A DNA stretch of 64,000 bases, taken from the NCBI GenBank assembly GCA_946965045.2, contig OX337238.1:3224001-3288000 (forward strand), in the 5' to 3' direction. Of the stretch, positions 1 to 13,000 are shown in pieces. Position 1 is the first letter of the stretch. Every line of letters starts with the position of its first letter. The notes under the pieces are model-generated. The model was not told the origin of the DNA. It worked only from the letters and a program-made list of their open reading frames with translations, and did no database searches. Origin of the DNA: Epithemia pelagica (taxonomy: Eukaryota; Protista; Bacillariophyta). The translations under genes were made by a program, and so were the position numbers.

Positions 1-600
1 CCCGTTTGGCCAACGACGAGCTCACCCTCTCTGCCGGTCGTAATAGGTTTGACAAGTGTGCTTTGTCCCCTACTGAGAACAACGAAACTTGTACAAACAG
101 GAGACACGCCGTTCCATGCCGTTCCATGCCGTTCCTCTCGATCCGTCAAAAACTGCTTGAATTGTCTTCCAACCGTCTCTCATTCTCGTTGCAAAAGATG
201 GATGGAACTCACATCGTATGAAACACAAACTAATCAGGAATCACCACAACACAAAAGTGAGAGTCATGAACGACACTCCAAGTTGGACAGAACTGAAAAA
301 CACTAGTAGCAGCATACCGTTTTGCGACTGCCTCTCGTTTTCATTGCACTGTACTGTTGTTCGAGGTGTCATGAGGAATGCCCAAAGAGGAATGATTCGG
401 AAGCGAACGCGCGTTCTCTGTAGGACTTTCTTTGAAGATTGGTGACCATAAGAGGGGCGAGAATCCAACCATCCTGCTTGCCAAAAGGACAACAAAAACC
501 CAGAATATTGTGGCCCTCGCTGATTCCAAACGCACTGTGTTTCTCGGCGTGCTCTCCGCGCACGCCACTATGTGCTCGCTGGTATCATCGGTCGCGCTTC
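1..600 (-). repeat. Diverged paralogous copy of the upstream region of the Kelch-gene module; the associated gene would lie left of the window
   Basis: Blocks shared with 15470-16120, e.g. aacaggaga(c/a)acgccgttccatgccgtt, agttggac(a/g)gaactgaaaaacact and ggcgagaatccaaccat. Reverse complements of these blocks recur, more diverged, at 59.7-60.4 kb. Confidence 0.6.
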
Positions 601-647
601 TTTCTACTTCCGAATCCTGCACTACTTTATTTATATCTAACCTTATC

Positions 648-669
648 CAATACGAGCGGTTCTCGTAAC
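648..669 (+). repeat. Left terminal inverted repeat (candidate)
   Basis: CAATACGAGCGGTTCTCGTAAC versus the reverse complement of 13387-13408, CAATACGACCGGTTGTCGTAAC. Weaker similarity continues inward (cacgt...gacca) once the Copia insertion is removed. Confidence 0.65.
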
Positions 670-2289
670 ACTTCGCGCGCACGTCTCTCCAAGACCACGA
701 CCAGATACTTTCAGAGACTCGTGACGTCACTATGAAGCAAACTGTGAGAAGCCTAATTTGTTAAATATAAGCTCGTCACATGATCGACCATGGCCTTTTC
801 CGACCGTCTTGCTATTGAATGCCAATTTTGGCCCCAAAACGGATGCTCTACTGCTGTTGTAAGCCTAAGAAACCTTTCTACATAGAGCATAGAAGTCGTG
901 TCAACCGTTACAACAGAAGCAGATGCCAAGAAATCGGATGTAAACGACCCAATATTGTCGAGACTCCACTGTTCGCCAAAATATGAGCAAATTTTCATTT
1001 TCCACAACTCGTCCACCTCGCCAGGAACATTCAAACTCTACAGATGTGAATAGAGCATAAACCTTGGTCGCATTTCAATCATCCGTTCCAAAGTGTTTTT
1101 TTATATTCACAACGTCTCTTTTCTTGGTAATTGATGTCAATGGATGAGGTGCTATTTGTCTCGTAAACACTCTCCATTACAAACCAGGTCGAGAGTTGAA
1201 CACCCAAGAGACAATGGCTGGTACGAGACAGCGTAAGAAGACGGAGAAAGACTCTCAAGCCGCTCCAAAGAATCGAAAAGGACAACGTGGTACGAAGACG
1301 CCACCGCTCGTAAACTCCCCCTCTCCGAACAAGAAGAAACAGAAGGTACACCGTGCGAGAAGATGCAACATGAAGCAACCGTCCCCAAATCTCCAAACCC
1401 GTAGTAAACGCAAGGAGTCAGGTGTCACCTGTGCAAACAACACAGTTGAATCGGATCGCTTAGCCAAAGTGATTGCGGACTTTAAAGACAGCAAGAAGAA
1501 GCCTTGTTCAGTCTTTGGTCTTGATAGGAGACAGCGATACCGAGATTACTTCTTCTGTTTTGAATGTCACGAGGCCGATACCCGCGAGCAACTCTATCCT
1601 AATCTCGTCACCAACAGAAAAGCAGAACGTGGGGCGTACACTTGTACTGCCAACCATAAGAACATGATCCATCCAACTGATAAGGTCAAGGTGATTGTCA
1701 AAAGGAAAAATCTTCGAGCAACCACCAAAACAATCAAGGAGAATATAGTTGCCAAACTCGAAGATCGATCTTCCAAGAAACATGATGACGACACAAAGTC
1801 CCCCCCAGCCCAGTCTTCAAATGGCGACGACCCTGGGGAATCCTCCAAACCAATGTCCCCAAGGGCACGAAAGTGCCTCAAAAAATACTTACACAAGACG
1901 AGCAAGTCCAAAACCATTGGCTTCACGAGCACCATCCAAGACAAAACCAAGGACCCACCCAAGGAATCGACCTCTGTCAATGAGATTACCACCATGCAGG
2001 CAGTTCCTTCAACACCACCCCGACTTGAGAATCATCGAGTCGTCCAAGAACCCATACTTCAAGTCGACGACTCATTGGACCCCAACAAAATGGACAAGGC
2101 ATATTCCAAGAATGAAAAGGATGGAAAAGACTTTCCTCTTCATGAAAAGGACAATGATCAGGGATTGATGACTAGCAATGCAGACAATGACTCTCCGAAG
2201 GACTTACTGTTGGACGCAGCTAACGATTCTGATGGACCAGAGCCCAGCAATACCAGGGAACAAGGCTCTGAGTCAGCTCGCACGACAGA

Positions 2290-2395
2290 CAAAGGCTCAG
2301 AGCCCGCTCCCAATGAACAAGGCTCAGAGCCCGCTCCCAATGAACAAGTCTCAGAGCCCGCTACCGATGAACAAGACTCAGAGTCCGCTCCCAAA
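2290..2395 (+). repeat. 27-bp coding minisatellite, about 4 degenerate units (GSEPAPNEQ)
   Basis: Unit aaggctcagagcccgctcccaatgaac repeated with substitutions inside the transposase N-terminal region. Confidence 0.85.
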
Positions 2396-4545
2396 GACCA
2401 CGGCTTTGTGATTATCTCACGTCTGAAAGCAGAACTTGAAAAGGCACGTAATGAGAGCAACAAGATGAGACAGAATTTGAAGGATTCTAAAAGGGAAGTC
2501 AAGAAGCTTACAAACAAGGCGAAGTACTGGAAAGACTTATACAAGGCCAAAGGCGTGCCCATCAAGTTACCCAAGTCTGTTGGAAGGAAGGACAATGCTC
2601 ACAAGGTGGCAGAGCATATTCGAATGTTAGTCGAGACTTCTGTGGATCCCCTTCAAGACGACAGTTTGGGAGCACAAACCTTTTTCACAGATCTGACGAC
2701 AATGCTGTTGGACCCTTCACTCCACAGTGGACAAAGTCGACGCTGCGCATACGATGTGTTTCGCCAACATGTTAGGAAGCACATCTACACTCCTCACAAT
2801 GTGTTGCGACAGATGGACTTACAGGGGGGTGCCTTAAACTTTCGTAACATAGAACTACTACGAGACATCGAAACCAAGGGTAAGCCCTGGCAGCGAACAC
2901 TCCTACCAAGTACGTCTGTACTACAGGATTATGCCAAACAAGCCGAGAAGTTTGGGGAAAACTTCTGTCCCTTTAGAATGTTCAAGAATAAAAAAGATGG
3001 GAGCGAAGGGTTTGCATTCAGGGCTGCAGATGTCATTGTAGGAATACTCATGGCCGGAGATGTACTCCAGACAGAAGCATTGTTACGCTCCATCAAACTG
3101 GCCCAATCAATGGATGGAGCACTCTTCACTAAAAACTTGGGCCATACGCTGGGTGGTCTAAAGTTCAATGATGAATCCAGTGAACTACGTCAATCCAGAA
3201 ACGGTGTATTTCCAGTACTATGTGTTTGTACAAGAGAGTCGAAGGGAATTATCCGAGGCATTTTCTACAGGATGATTAAAGAAATACAAGAGGCAGCTGA
3301 CTTTGTGGTTCCTCGTCACTTTGGTGTTGAGGCTATTGTAGTTAGTACCAATTGCGACATGAGTTGCGAGTGGAAGCTGGCTGCCCGCAGCGGTGCAGCA
3401 AGGCAAGTCACTTACCCGTGTGCCAAATGCGCAGTGAAAAGCGGGGCCCTCCACTTGCAAAGCCAGCCAACTCACTCCTGTTCTTGGTGTCAACAGCTTG
3501 GACACTTGGCACGGCCTAATTGGATATGCCGGCATCACCAAATCTGTACAAAGGAGGTAATTTCCCAGCTTCGGGAAGAAGTAGACCTGCTTATGGAGAA
3601 GAATATGCCAAAGAAAGTAGGAAGTTTGGAGGAAGTTTGGATGAGCTCGAACCTTACACATCAGGTAGACCCCAGGAATACACCTACGCCCCAGAACCTA
3701 ACCTCAACAAACTCGATTCACTTCAAGATAGAGACTGCGTCGCCTGATGACAGAAGAGTGTACAGTGAGAACTTGACCCATGACCTTGTGCTTCGCAACA
3801 TGGATTACACAGGGTCCCTACAAGAGCGACAGTGTCGATTAATGGCACAGCACATAAAGGAGTGGCATTATTTCCAAGCGTGTCAGAGTCTCTCCCAATT
3901 CGAGGACAGTCAGATAGATAGTGCATTGGTACTCGTCATGGATGTGGTTCCGTGCATCTTGCACATGGAGAATCGCATGGGGATTCTCATCCTGTCGCTT
4001 CTAGCCAAGGTTGGCCTTAGCAATGCCAAGACAAAGAAGCTACGATGGATGACTGCAACGGACAAGAGATCACAGGAAACTCGAATCAAGGCTTTCGTCG
4101 ACAAGATGAACAAGATCATGAACACTTAAGTTCTTGGCACCAACGAGCAACCAAGGCAATGGATCTTGCCTTATGATGCCTTATGATTCGAAGTCGAAGT
4201 CCATTGCAATAATTTGCATGGATAATGTAAGAGTACGCAAGGTTGTTGAGAAAATTGAGGAACTGATCAATATCTGCGTAGCGACTAAGAGTGACAGGAC
4301 ACTTTGGAAATCTTGTTTGTCCTACTACAGGCAGGGTTATTCGATTCTTTTGCGTAAGGAAGATCTGGACAACAGTACAATTTATCAATTCCAGGAGAAA
4401 ATGGATCTCTTCTTCGACAAGTGGATAACCCTGCATGGAGAATCCGGTGTGACAAACTACGCCCATATGTGGGGAATTGGGCACATCATGGAGTTCTTGT
4501 TGCACTACAAGAACTTATCCGCCCACTCCCAACAAGGGTGGGAAG

Positions 4546-4611
4546 GTAAGTGTGGACGAGCAGTCCATTTGTTTCTTTGTGGATTGTTGGCTCACATGAT
4601 TCTTCTATCAG
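4546..4611 (+). other. 66-nt spliceosomal intron in the transposase, just after the catalytic Glu codon
   Basis: GTAAGT donor, CTCAC branch-like site at 4591 and TTCTTCTATCAG acceptor. Removal gives GAA G|CT TTC AAC = E-A-F-N and restores RAG1-like ExxNxLF[KR]RF spacing. Confidence 0.8.
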
Positions 4612-5092
4612 CTTTCAACTCGCTTTTCAAGCGTTTCTATTTTACTAGGACGCAGAGGGGTGGGTCGACGAATCGTGGTTTGGGACAGCAAACAAGATTG
4701 GAACCTATTGCAAAATGGTTGCAGAGACGACTCGTATTCATGGCAGGACATGAATACGAGTACATTCAGGAAACAAACAAAACAATGACGGCGGAAGAGA
4801 AAGCGGCGTTCTAAAATTGGGTACGAAAAGAGAAAGGGACGATGGAGTTTTGTATGCCAATTGACAAGCAGTCAACTGGGACGAGGTTTGATAGTGACGA
4901 TGACTGGGACGTGGGGGTTGGTACAACTGGTGTTTCTGGAGTTCGTGCGAGTGGAGAAGTAGAATTGGATGATGAGTTTTGGTACGATTCTTCTGACGAG
5001 AGTCAATAAGGGAGGACGGGAGAACAAATTGCATAGTGAGAATACTACTACATGAGTAATGAATACATATAAGAATCGATCGAGTCAAACTA

Positions 5093-6557
5093 CTAGTTAT
5101 AGGCATTGATGAGTTCGAGTATGTCTTCATGTGAGAGAGTCTTATCCACACTCTGATGTTTAGGGGGGTTGTCATTGTCGTACAGTTTCCCTGCAATAAC
5201 CTGAGACGTGATTTCGTGGATCTCGGTCCCTTGGTAACGAGATATCTGGATTACCTTGTAAATGGTTCCCTCCTTGTCATAGATGTCTCCAATTGAGATG
5301 CCTATGTCCAAAGGTGCATTCGGGTCGGGGGTTGGTGGTTGCTTATGAGACATAGTGTTCTCATAATTCTCCTTCACTCTACCTTCAACTATGTTCTTCA
5401 GATGGACAGTCGGTGGATTGTGCATGAGAGAACCATCTCTCTTAGTTCGGTAGCAGTACTTGTTGTACCCAACAGTGACTCGGGTATTCAGTGGGGAGAA
5501 AGCAATGTCCACTCCGTTCCCACGGAAAAGACGTTTGAATGGAGGTTCTTCGGGAAGTTCATCGCTCTGGGAATCACGGCCACGAACCAATGTCACACAG
5601 TGTCCAGAGGACAAGACAACTCCTTTCGGACCATCAGCTAGGCGTGGACGATGCTCGGTAGAGCCATATGTACAGCTGATTCCAAGAGTCTGACGGAGAA
5701 TCTCGACGTCACTTGAAGTTTCAAAGCGAAGAACGCCCAGTTTGAAAGAAAACTTGAGTTTCTTGCGGGTCAGTAGATAATCACTGTCTTGGAAAGATTT
5801 GGATTGGTAAAAGAACTGGCATTTCGAATGGAGGGATTCTTTTGTTACAATAGCCAAGTAGTTGAACGTTTCCATAGGTATATGGCCGATGGACAAGGAC
5901 GATAATTCTTCCGACTCTGCTAGGCTGGTTCGTCTATTCAATGGCTTCGTGATGGCCTTGCGGATCAGATACAGGCCGCGCCAAACAGATTCATGGTAAC
6001 AGCGTTTACCTCCCACGATCCATGGCCAATCTTCCAGTAACATCATTTGGGAAACAAACACTTTCATCTTCGGGCAAGTTGGAAAGGAAAGTTGAGCTGT
6101 CACGAAAGTGATCATTCTTTTGCTCAAGAAATCGTAGAACAAAAACATTGGTGAGACCGTGTGCCCACGAATTCTTTGGATCGGCAATCTCTGTTACCGA
6201 AAATACAAAGGCAGGATAGAGAATGTCGCAGGTTTCTCCAGGGGTCACAGAAAGGAAATCAGTCGATTGATACAGTTCTGTATTGAGACTGCCAGGAGAG
6301 CCAAAGGGAATCGGGCGATGATGATGCTTGGGTAAGTCAGGGAGTCTTTCATTCTTTTTCAATGGAAATAACGGGTAGAATAGCCGGAGGTGAAATCCAT
6401 TTTGCGTGCGGCGTTCGATCCGACAAATAGTTGTAGTACCTGGCTCTTGTTTCCAAAGTTTGGCATGAACAAAACTCCCAACACGAAGACAGTCGTCAAG
6501 GTGATTTACGTAGAGAGGAGGTTGGTTGATGTGAGCACGAAAGATGTTGGGCGACAT
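5093..6557 (-). pseudogene. Second transposon gene, ~487 aa, unknown function, with one frameshift near 6010-6060
   Basis: Overlapping ORFs 6557-6006 (ATG start) and 6187-5093 lie in different frames. The span of 1465 nt is 3n+1, consistent with a single 1-nt insertion. High-complexity globular-looking sequence, tail-to-tail with the transposase and inside the inverted repeats. Confidence 0.6.
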
Positions 6558-6860
6558 GGTTGCGATGTATGATATGATAATCCATTCGGTGATCGTCTTT
6601 TAGGCATGATCGTTTGGTTGTTGCATTACATGCCGATCCGGTTGGAGGGTGTTGCATGCAGGGGATGTTGAGCGGTTGCGTCCTCCAATGAATGAGAATG
6701 ATCCATCCGAGATGGTCAATGCCAGTGAGACAAAAAGAATCATGGATGGACATCGTTGAGTTTTTATATATAAGAGAGTGTGGTGAGGCCAAAGACTTTG
6801 TTAAAGCGCGCCGGGCAAGAGCGAGCCTACCATTTTGGTCAGGAATGCACGTGTGGGTAG

Positions 6861-7017
6861 TGTCTTATTTCCACCGATAGAATCCTCGTAAAAGAAAGAC
6901 TAAGATAAGATCTTATACTACATTCAACGCATGAAAACAAGTGAGCCGGTAAACGGTAATGACCGTTCCATTCCCAATGGATTGAGTCCCGAATGACGTA
7001 TCGACCCGAATAAGACA
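6861..7017 (-). repeat. 3' LTR of C1, preceded on the element strand by PPT-like GCGGGGAC
   Basis: TGTCTTATT...AATAAGACA with 9-bp terminal inverted repeats; matches 13220-13376. Confidence 0.95.
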
Positions 7018-10000
7018 GTCCCCGCAAGTGCGACAGTGCCCGAGTACTGAGGACTTGAGAAATACAATAGGGCCGGATTGATGCCAGCGGTAGGAATACT
7101 GGGGGGACCGCCGGGTCCGAAAGCAGAAGAATACGTAAACTGTGAAATGAGCGCATTCCAGCGATCTTGTGGGGGAATCTTGGTTAACAAATCGGCAATG
7201 TTGGACTCGGTGTCTTCCTTCCCCACGCGGATGATCGAAGCTGCCACTGCCTCGCGGACAGAATGGTAATTGATCGCGTTGTGTCGTTTGTTCAGGATAG
7301 AAGCTGGCAAGCTGGTATTCTTGACAACACCACGATTGTCGCACAGGATACTGGCCGGTCCGACAATGGGCACGCCAAACATACGGAGTTTGTATCGGAG
7401 TCCCACGATCATTTCCTTCGCGATACGGAGTGCCACGAATTCGCTACCGAAGCTAGATGTCTCCACTGTATTCTGGCGCTTGGAGTACCAAAGAATCGGC
7501 GCGTTCTGAAGAAAGATAATGATCCCAGTATGGGACCGTCGAGTGACCAGGTTTCCCGCATGATCGGCGTCGACAAAACACGTCATGGATATCGGCTTGC
7601 CCAGTGGTTCTGGCATACTTGTGGGAATCTCTTCAACGACGTCCCCGTAGAATTCCTTCCAAGCGTCTACGGCCACCTGCGCGAAGCATTGTTCGTCCAA
7701 TACGACGTCTTTTGGATCAAATACAATCTTCAACTTCGGGTGGGTCTTCAAGAATGCAAAAATGTGATACGCGGCGTCCAGGTGACCGACTCGTGGGTTC
7801 GCCAAATACTGTGACAACAATGACACTTCCAAGTAGATGTCCACGCGGCCCAATTCGACGGCCCACCTCAATATGCCAATCAACTGTTGATAGCGCGACG
7901 TCAGCCTCGGCTCAAGCTCAGGGCTAACGTCCGTTTCCGGTATGTAAGATGATACCACGGGTACTCGAGCCGTTGTCTTTAGATGTTTGCCCTGTCCATC
8001 TTCTTTCAACAATTCTTCGACGATACGGACGGCGTTCGTGAAGTATTTCTCACTGGTCATCCCCCAAGCCCATGAACCGTTTGGCAGGTTATGCTTGTAA
8101 ATTTGTGCGCCGAGGTAGATCGTTGGCTCCCCTGTGCTGCCGGCCTTAATCTTATAGTGCTTATCAATCTCGTCCAGCACAGGTTGTGGTTCGTGGCTTA
8201 CCAATAGGATATCGTCTACGTACACGAGGATGAGTTCGTAGTACTCCTCTCCAGTTTCCTTCTTCCTCTTGCGCCGCAAGACACATGCGTCGGCCTGCGT
8301 ATCCACGAACCCCATGTCGTATAAGGTCATCATTAGAGTGGCTCTCCAGCTAGCGCCTGAGGACTTCAACCCGTATAGAGCTCGCTCCATGACGCAAACT
8401 TTCCCTTCACACTCGTGCCCCACCTCGGGCCCACCACGGAACCAAATCTTCTCTCGGCAAGGTGCGTTAAGATACGCATTGCCAATATCGCACGCTAGTA
8501 CCTTGAGCCCGCTGAGTGAGGCTATCAAGAATGCAATTCTGATAGAGTCTCGGCTCACGACGCTTGAGTAAGTAAGACTGGCAGGCGCATCGGTCATATG
8601 GCCCCCAGCCACCAGCCGTGCTTTCCTTGTTAGGTCCATTTTCACGTCGAAAACCATATGGCACTTTATTTCCGTGTATCCGATGAGCTGTCGCCCGGCT
8701 CTCACCTCGTTAATGTCTAGGTCTTCTCTAGCTTCCCATGCTACCTTTACTACCTTCAGTTCTTTATCGATCGCCTTCCGCCAAAAGTCCGTTCCTGTTA
8801 GCTCGTCTATCTTGAGGGCCTCCTCGACCGAATGTGGTAGCTTGATCCCGTACTTGTGAGTCGTTTTCCAATATTTCTTCTTTACCTTCTTGACCAGTCG
8901 TCGCAGATGGTTTATGGTCTGTGGTACCCAACACTTGAATGCCGGTTCGTCGGCTATTCCATGCGCGACCGCGTATTCCGCCAACTCCACGGGGTATCCT
9001 TCCTTCGCTTCTCGTAGCGGTACCCAAATTTGATTTCCGTCTCGACATTCGACCGCTATCTCCCATCCTTTCGTTGTCCGACGAGGATGTTTATTCCCAT
9101 TGGACGAGTAGTGATAGCCGTCATCCTTGGCAACGGCGTCCCCGTTTCTTCTGTGTCCAACCACTTCCGTGATGACGACGTGTCTTTTCCCTTCATTATC
9201 TAGCCTCGAGAACAGATTCTCCGCCACCATGTTGGCGGTGTACTCGTGTATGACGCCGCCAGGGAAGCTAACTTCATACGTACGTGTGTCAAATATCAAG
9301 TTTCGGTTGGCCTTGCCCAATGGTTTCCCATCTAAACCCTTTTGCCTCTTCGTTACTGTTCCCAGCAACCCCTCGCCGCCGTCTTCCACGCGGACTTGGG
9401 CCCCAATATACTCGTCGTATCCGTCCCCGTATTCATCGGCGTCTGGCCGTTCCGTCACGACCATGTCACCATATTCCTCGTCGGTGGGTACTATGCCCAC
9501 ACGTCCCCGTTCTTCCTCCACCAAGTCAACATCTTCCAAGAATCCTGGTCCGTTTCCGTTTTCGTCTGTGAACCCACTATCATTCAGTCGCTCCTCAACA
9601 ATCAACGTGAATTGTCTTACACGCTCTGCCACATCCGGTTTCGTCATGTCGTTGTCGGTAACGTGTTGCACGGTGGTTCTTGCTATGACCTTGCCCGCTT
9701 TGGTTAAAATCCAGTAGCAGAGGTCCGATCCTATGCGGTGAGCAATGCCCAACCATCTACCGAGTTGCACTGGATCCTCTGTCGCGTCAACTTTCACATT
9801 ATTGTGATACCAAACGAGGTTGTAAAAGGAAAAGTCAATCCACTCAGAAATATCGGGCGTCTCTCCGGCGAGTCGTTCTATGCCAGATCGGCCATCGTGT
9901 CCCCGGGCGACTCGGCTGAGAATGCCGGCCTCGTAGACAAGTCCGAAGTCCCAAAGTCGCTTTGGCACGTTACTCTCGGCCATGCGACGCTGCCAGCGTT

Positions 10001-13000
10001 GTTTTAGAAGGCCAATCTCCCTTTCTGCCTTGTGGTTCTGTTTGCCCGTGTGTTTCTCGGCCCATTGCATGTCGATACGGTGGACCCGCACCAGTTTCTG
10101 GAACAGGGTAGAGCTACCTGTTTGCTCGCCAGCAAGGTCTGCCGTGAGACGATCGGGAATCCCGACTTCGTCGATAAACTGAGACAATGCCTGACCGACT
10201 TGAGCTTTGCTAGCTAGAGGATAAACAGCGGTGAACTGTCCGTCTGTAAACACCTGTGCACACTTGTTACCTGATAAGGACAAGGTCTTCGAGAACAATG
10301 TGTCTGTGTACATTCTGGCTTGTAGTCGGTTCCGGTGCAAGGCGAGATTATCAACACGGTATCGTCGTGTAATCGGTGAAACCGCTGTGCGGATTCCTTG
10401 TTGGGTGGTCACTCGGAGGGTCGCCCGTGCCGAGTCCAACCCAATCTTCCATTTGCGACTGATCGTTTCAGCAGTAACTGCAGAGTGTCGCGAGCTCTCG
10501 ACCTGGCGGACTCGTGGAATGCTCGATAGCTTGGAAGAAATCCCATCGGGCGTGAGAAGGGATGACACGTGTCCAATTTCTGCCGCACCAATTCCGTAAG
10601 ACTCGCCGTGTGGTGTCGAATCCATCTGTGTCAAGTCGACATTCTGCGGGTCCCACATTTCCTGTCTTGTGATCGTGATGGAGGGGAGACGTTCCATATC
10701 TTGTGCACTGGGCGCCCTCGACTCAAAATACACCGTTGTACCATTGATCTTGAACGGGATGTGCATTCCCTCGGCCCAGATTCCAAAACCTTCGTTCATC
10801 TTGGTCGGGTCGTCACGTAAGTCGTGCCCTGCGTGCCGGATCTGGTTCTGATTTAAGAGTGATTTATCTAACCTATTTCCAAACCACAGCATTTGATGTC
10901 CGATCAGGACGACCTCAAGCCCTGACTTCTCTTCCCGGACGACAGTGGCACACGTGGCAACCGGTACCGACGCCTTTCCAACTTGATTCCCTGCGAAATC
11001 GTTTACCGTGCACTCCATGCCGGTCGTCTCGATGAGTTTCCAATTCCTACCCGCGCAGCATGTATCTGCCATCGTGTCCATCTCATTGTTTCCTGTTTTC
11101 CCTTCGGTCTCTTCATCCAACAACCAACCTTTCTCGACCTTGCCGACACGACGTTGCGGCCCGCAATTCACGACCGACACACGTCCGCTTCGGCTACCCC
11201 CCGTGGTTGAGCCATTTTCGTCGTTCCCGTATGCCCCGTTGCCGAATCGGCGTCCATTCATACTTCCCCGGTCCCCGTTGTTCGTGCCTGCTTCCGACCG
11301 TTCCCCTTGGTCGTTACTGGTAATGTCCGTGACGATCGACTGATCGGCGGTTTGAATTTCTTGGATGTTGCGTCCGCCAGCGCCACCACCACGACCACCA
11401 CGTCCCCGGCCGCCGAAACCACGTCCAGCACCGCCACGGCCCCCGCCGCGGATCCGAGCGCGTTCCTGGTGCACATATGCTTGGCCTTGTGGGCCAAGTG
11501 TAACCATCTCCTGAGACGAGAACCGTCGTGTGACGTCGGTGACGTCGACCCCAAAGAAAGTATAAATCCCATTGTTATGGGATAGACCTGCAAAGTTGCG
11601 TGGGCGATTGGATGCCGGTGCCTGTTGTGAGGCGGCTTCTGACACGAAGCGATGGCGGCCCTGATTTCGACGGTTGTTGACACTGGTATCGGGAAACAAC
11701 TCTGAAATTTCGCGGGAAATATACGCGATAGCACCATGGAGATCGGACCTGTAATTGGTCCGAACGTGGCCCTTGATCACGGCAAATTTGGCGGATGCAA
11801 TCTTGATGTTCTCCAATAGGATCCGAACTTGGTTTGAGGGCATGCGGCGATTCGGTGTGGTCTCGAGAGTGCGGAATGCACGTAGTAGTCGAGCCGAATA
11901 AGCGTCAAAACTAAAGACTCGTTCATTTTGGTAGAAGATACTCTCTAGGACGGCTTCTGCTCGTGAAATCCGTTTCTCCTTCTGCCCGCCCCCATCAAAG
12001 TGGTCTACGAGTGCAAGCCATGCACGTCTGCCATCTTGGGAAGCTTGAAATGGCTGTATCCAAGTGGCAGGTTGATCCTTGACGAGGTCACTTAAGAGAC
12101 GGAAAACTTCCTTGTTGTCTTCCCAATAATACGGGCCTCCTAGTGGGTAGCTATACAACTCTTGTTCCCGAGTGCTAGCAAACACGTGGGAGGGATCTAG
12201 GTCGGGGCGGATCACATAGTCAAGGGGGGCTTTCTGTTTTCCAAGGATATGGGACAGATAAGTCGGGAACTCCTGCGACCAATCCTCCCAGTCTTCTTCC
12301 TTGAGGGCTGAAGGCTTGATATCAGGTGACGTCGTCTTCTCGGCCTGTATTTCCATTGCGTCCAGTGATTCCGAGAGGGCGTCCTGATCGAAGTCACCAT
12401 AATTAAGGCGACGTCCTTGGCGACGTGCTTGCGCTGACCAAAAGCAGAGTCCCTGGATGTTCTTCACGACACTCGTCGGGATGGCGACGTTATGTGGATA
12501 AGGGCGCTTCTCGAGGCGTGACACGAGGCTCGTCACATCGTCCGAGGTCATTCTTCCGAAAGCTTCTATAGTATTAAGTCTTTCAGTATGCTCAAGCGCA
12601 TAAATCTCGTAGGGATTGGCCCCACAAGTCGTGAGGGCCAGACCCACAGCGGACAGAGGTGGAGGGGGAGGAGGAACGCCTGGAGGTACAGCTCCGCCTC
12701 CTCCTCCTCCTCCAGCGCCTCCTCCTCCACCGGCACCTCCTGCGCCTCCGCCACCAGCGCCTCCACCACCGGCGCCTCCACCTCCAGCGCCTCCTCCGGC
12801 GCCGCCACCAGCACCACCGCCTGGTGCTCCTCCGCCTCCTGCACCGGCTCCGACGCCGGCGCCTCCGATTCCAGCGGTGCCTGCTCCAGCAGAACCTCCG
12901 CCCGTCCCAGGTGCACCACCCGGTACACCCATCCCAGGAGCAACTCCCCCCGCAGATGTACCGGCCGCGGTCCCCGCGCCGGGTGTACGAAAGGTACGTC

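Larger units (their letters stand above)
1214..4814 (+). pseudogene. RAG1/Transib-like DDE transposase, ~1174 aa when reconstructed; disrupted by a TAA at 4127-4129 and a 10-bp duplication at 4167-4186
   Basis: Motifs in RAG1 order: SMDG (D at 3113), NCDMS (D at 3356), YPCAKC, CILHME, VTNYAHMWGIGH and, after splicing 4546-4611, SQQGWEAFNSLFKRF (E at 4542). N-terminal CxxC...CxxxH cluster and a coiled-coil-like segment. ORFs 1196-4129 and 4134-4814 join into one frame when the duplication is removed. Confidence 0.8.

Noticed and set aside
728-734. CACTATG, a Transib/RSS-like heptamer, as the left terminus
   Set aside because: The inverse CATAGTG occurs only at 5032 and 5351, without an extended match or 5-bp TSD. 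The 22-bp repeat at 648/13408 is better supported.
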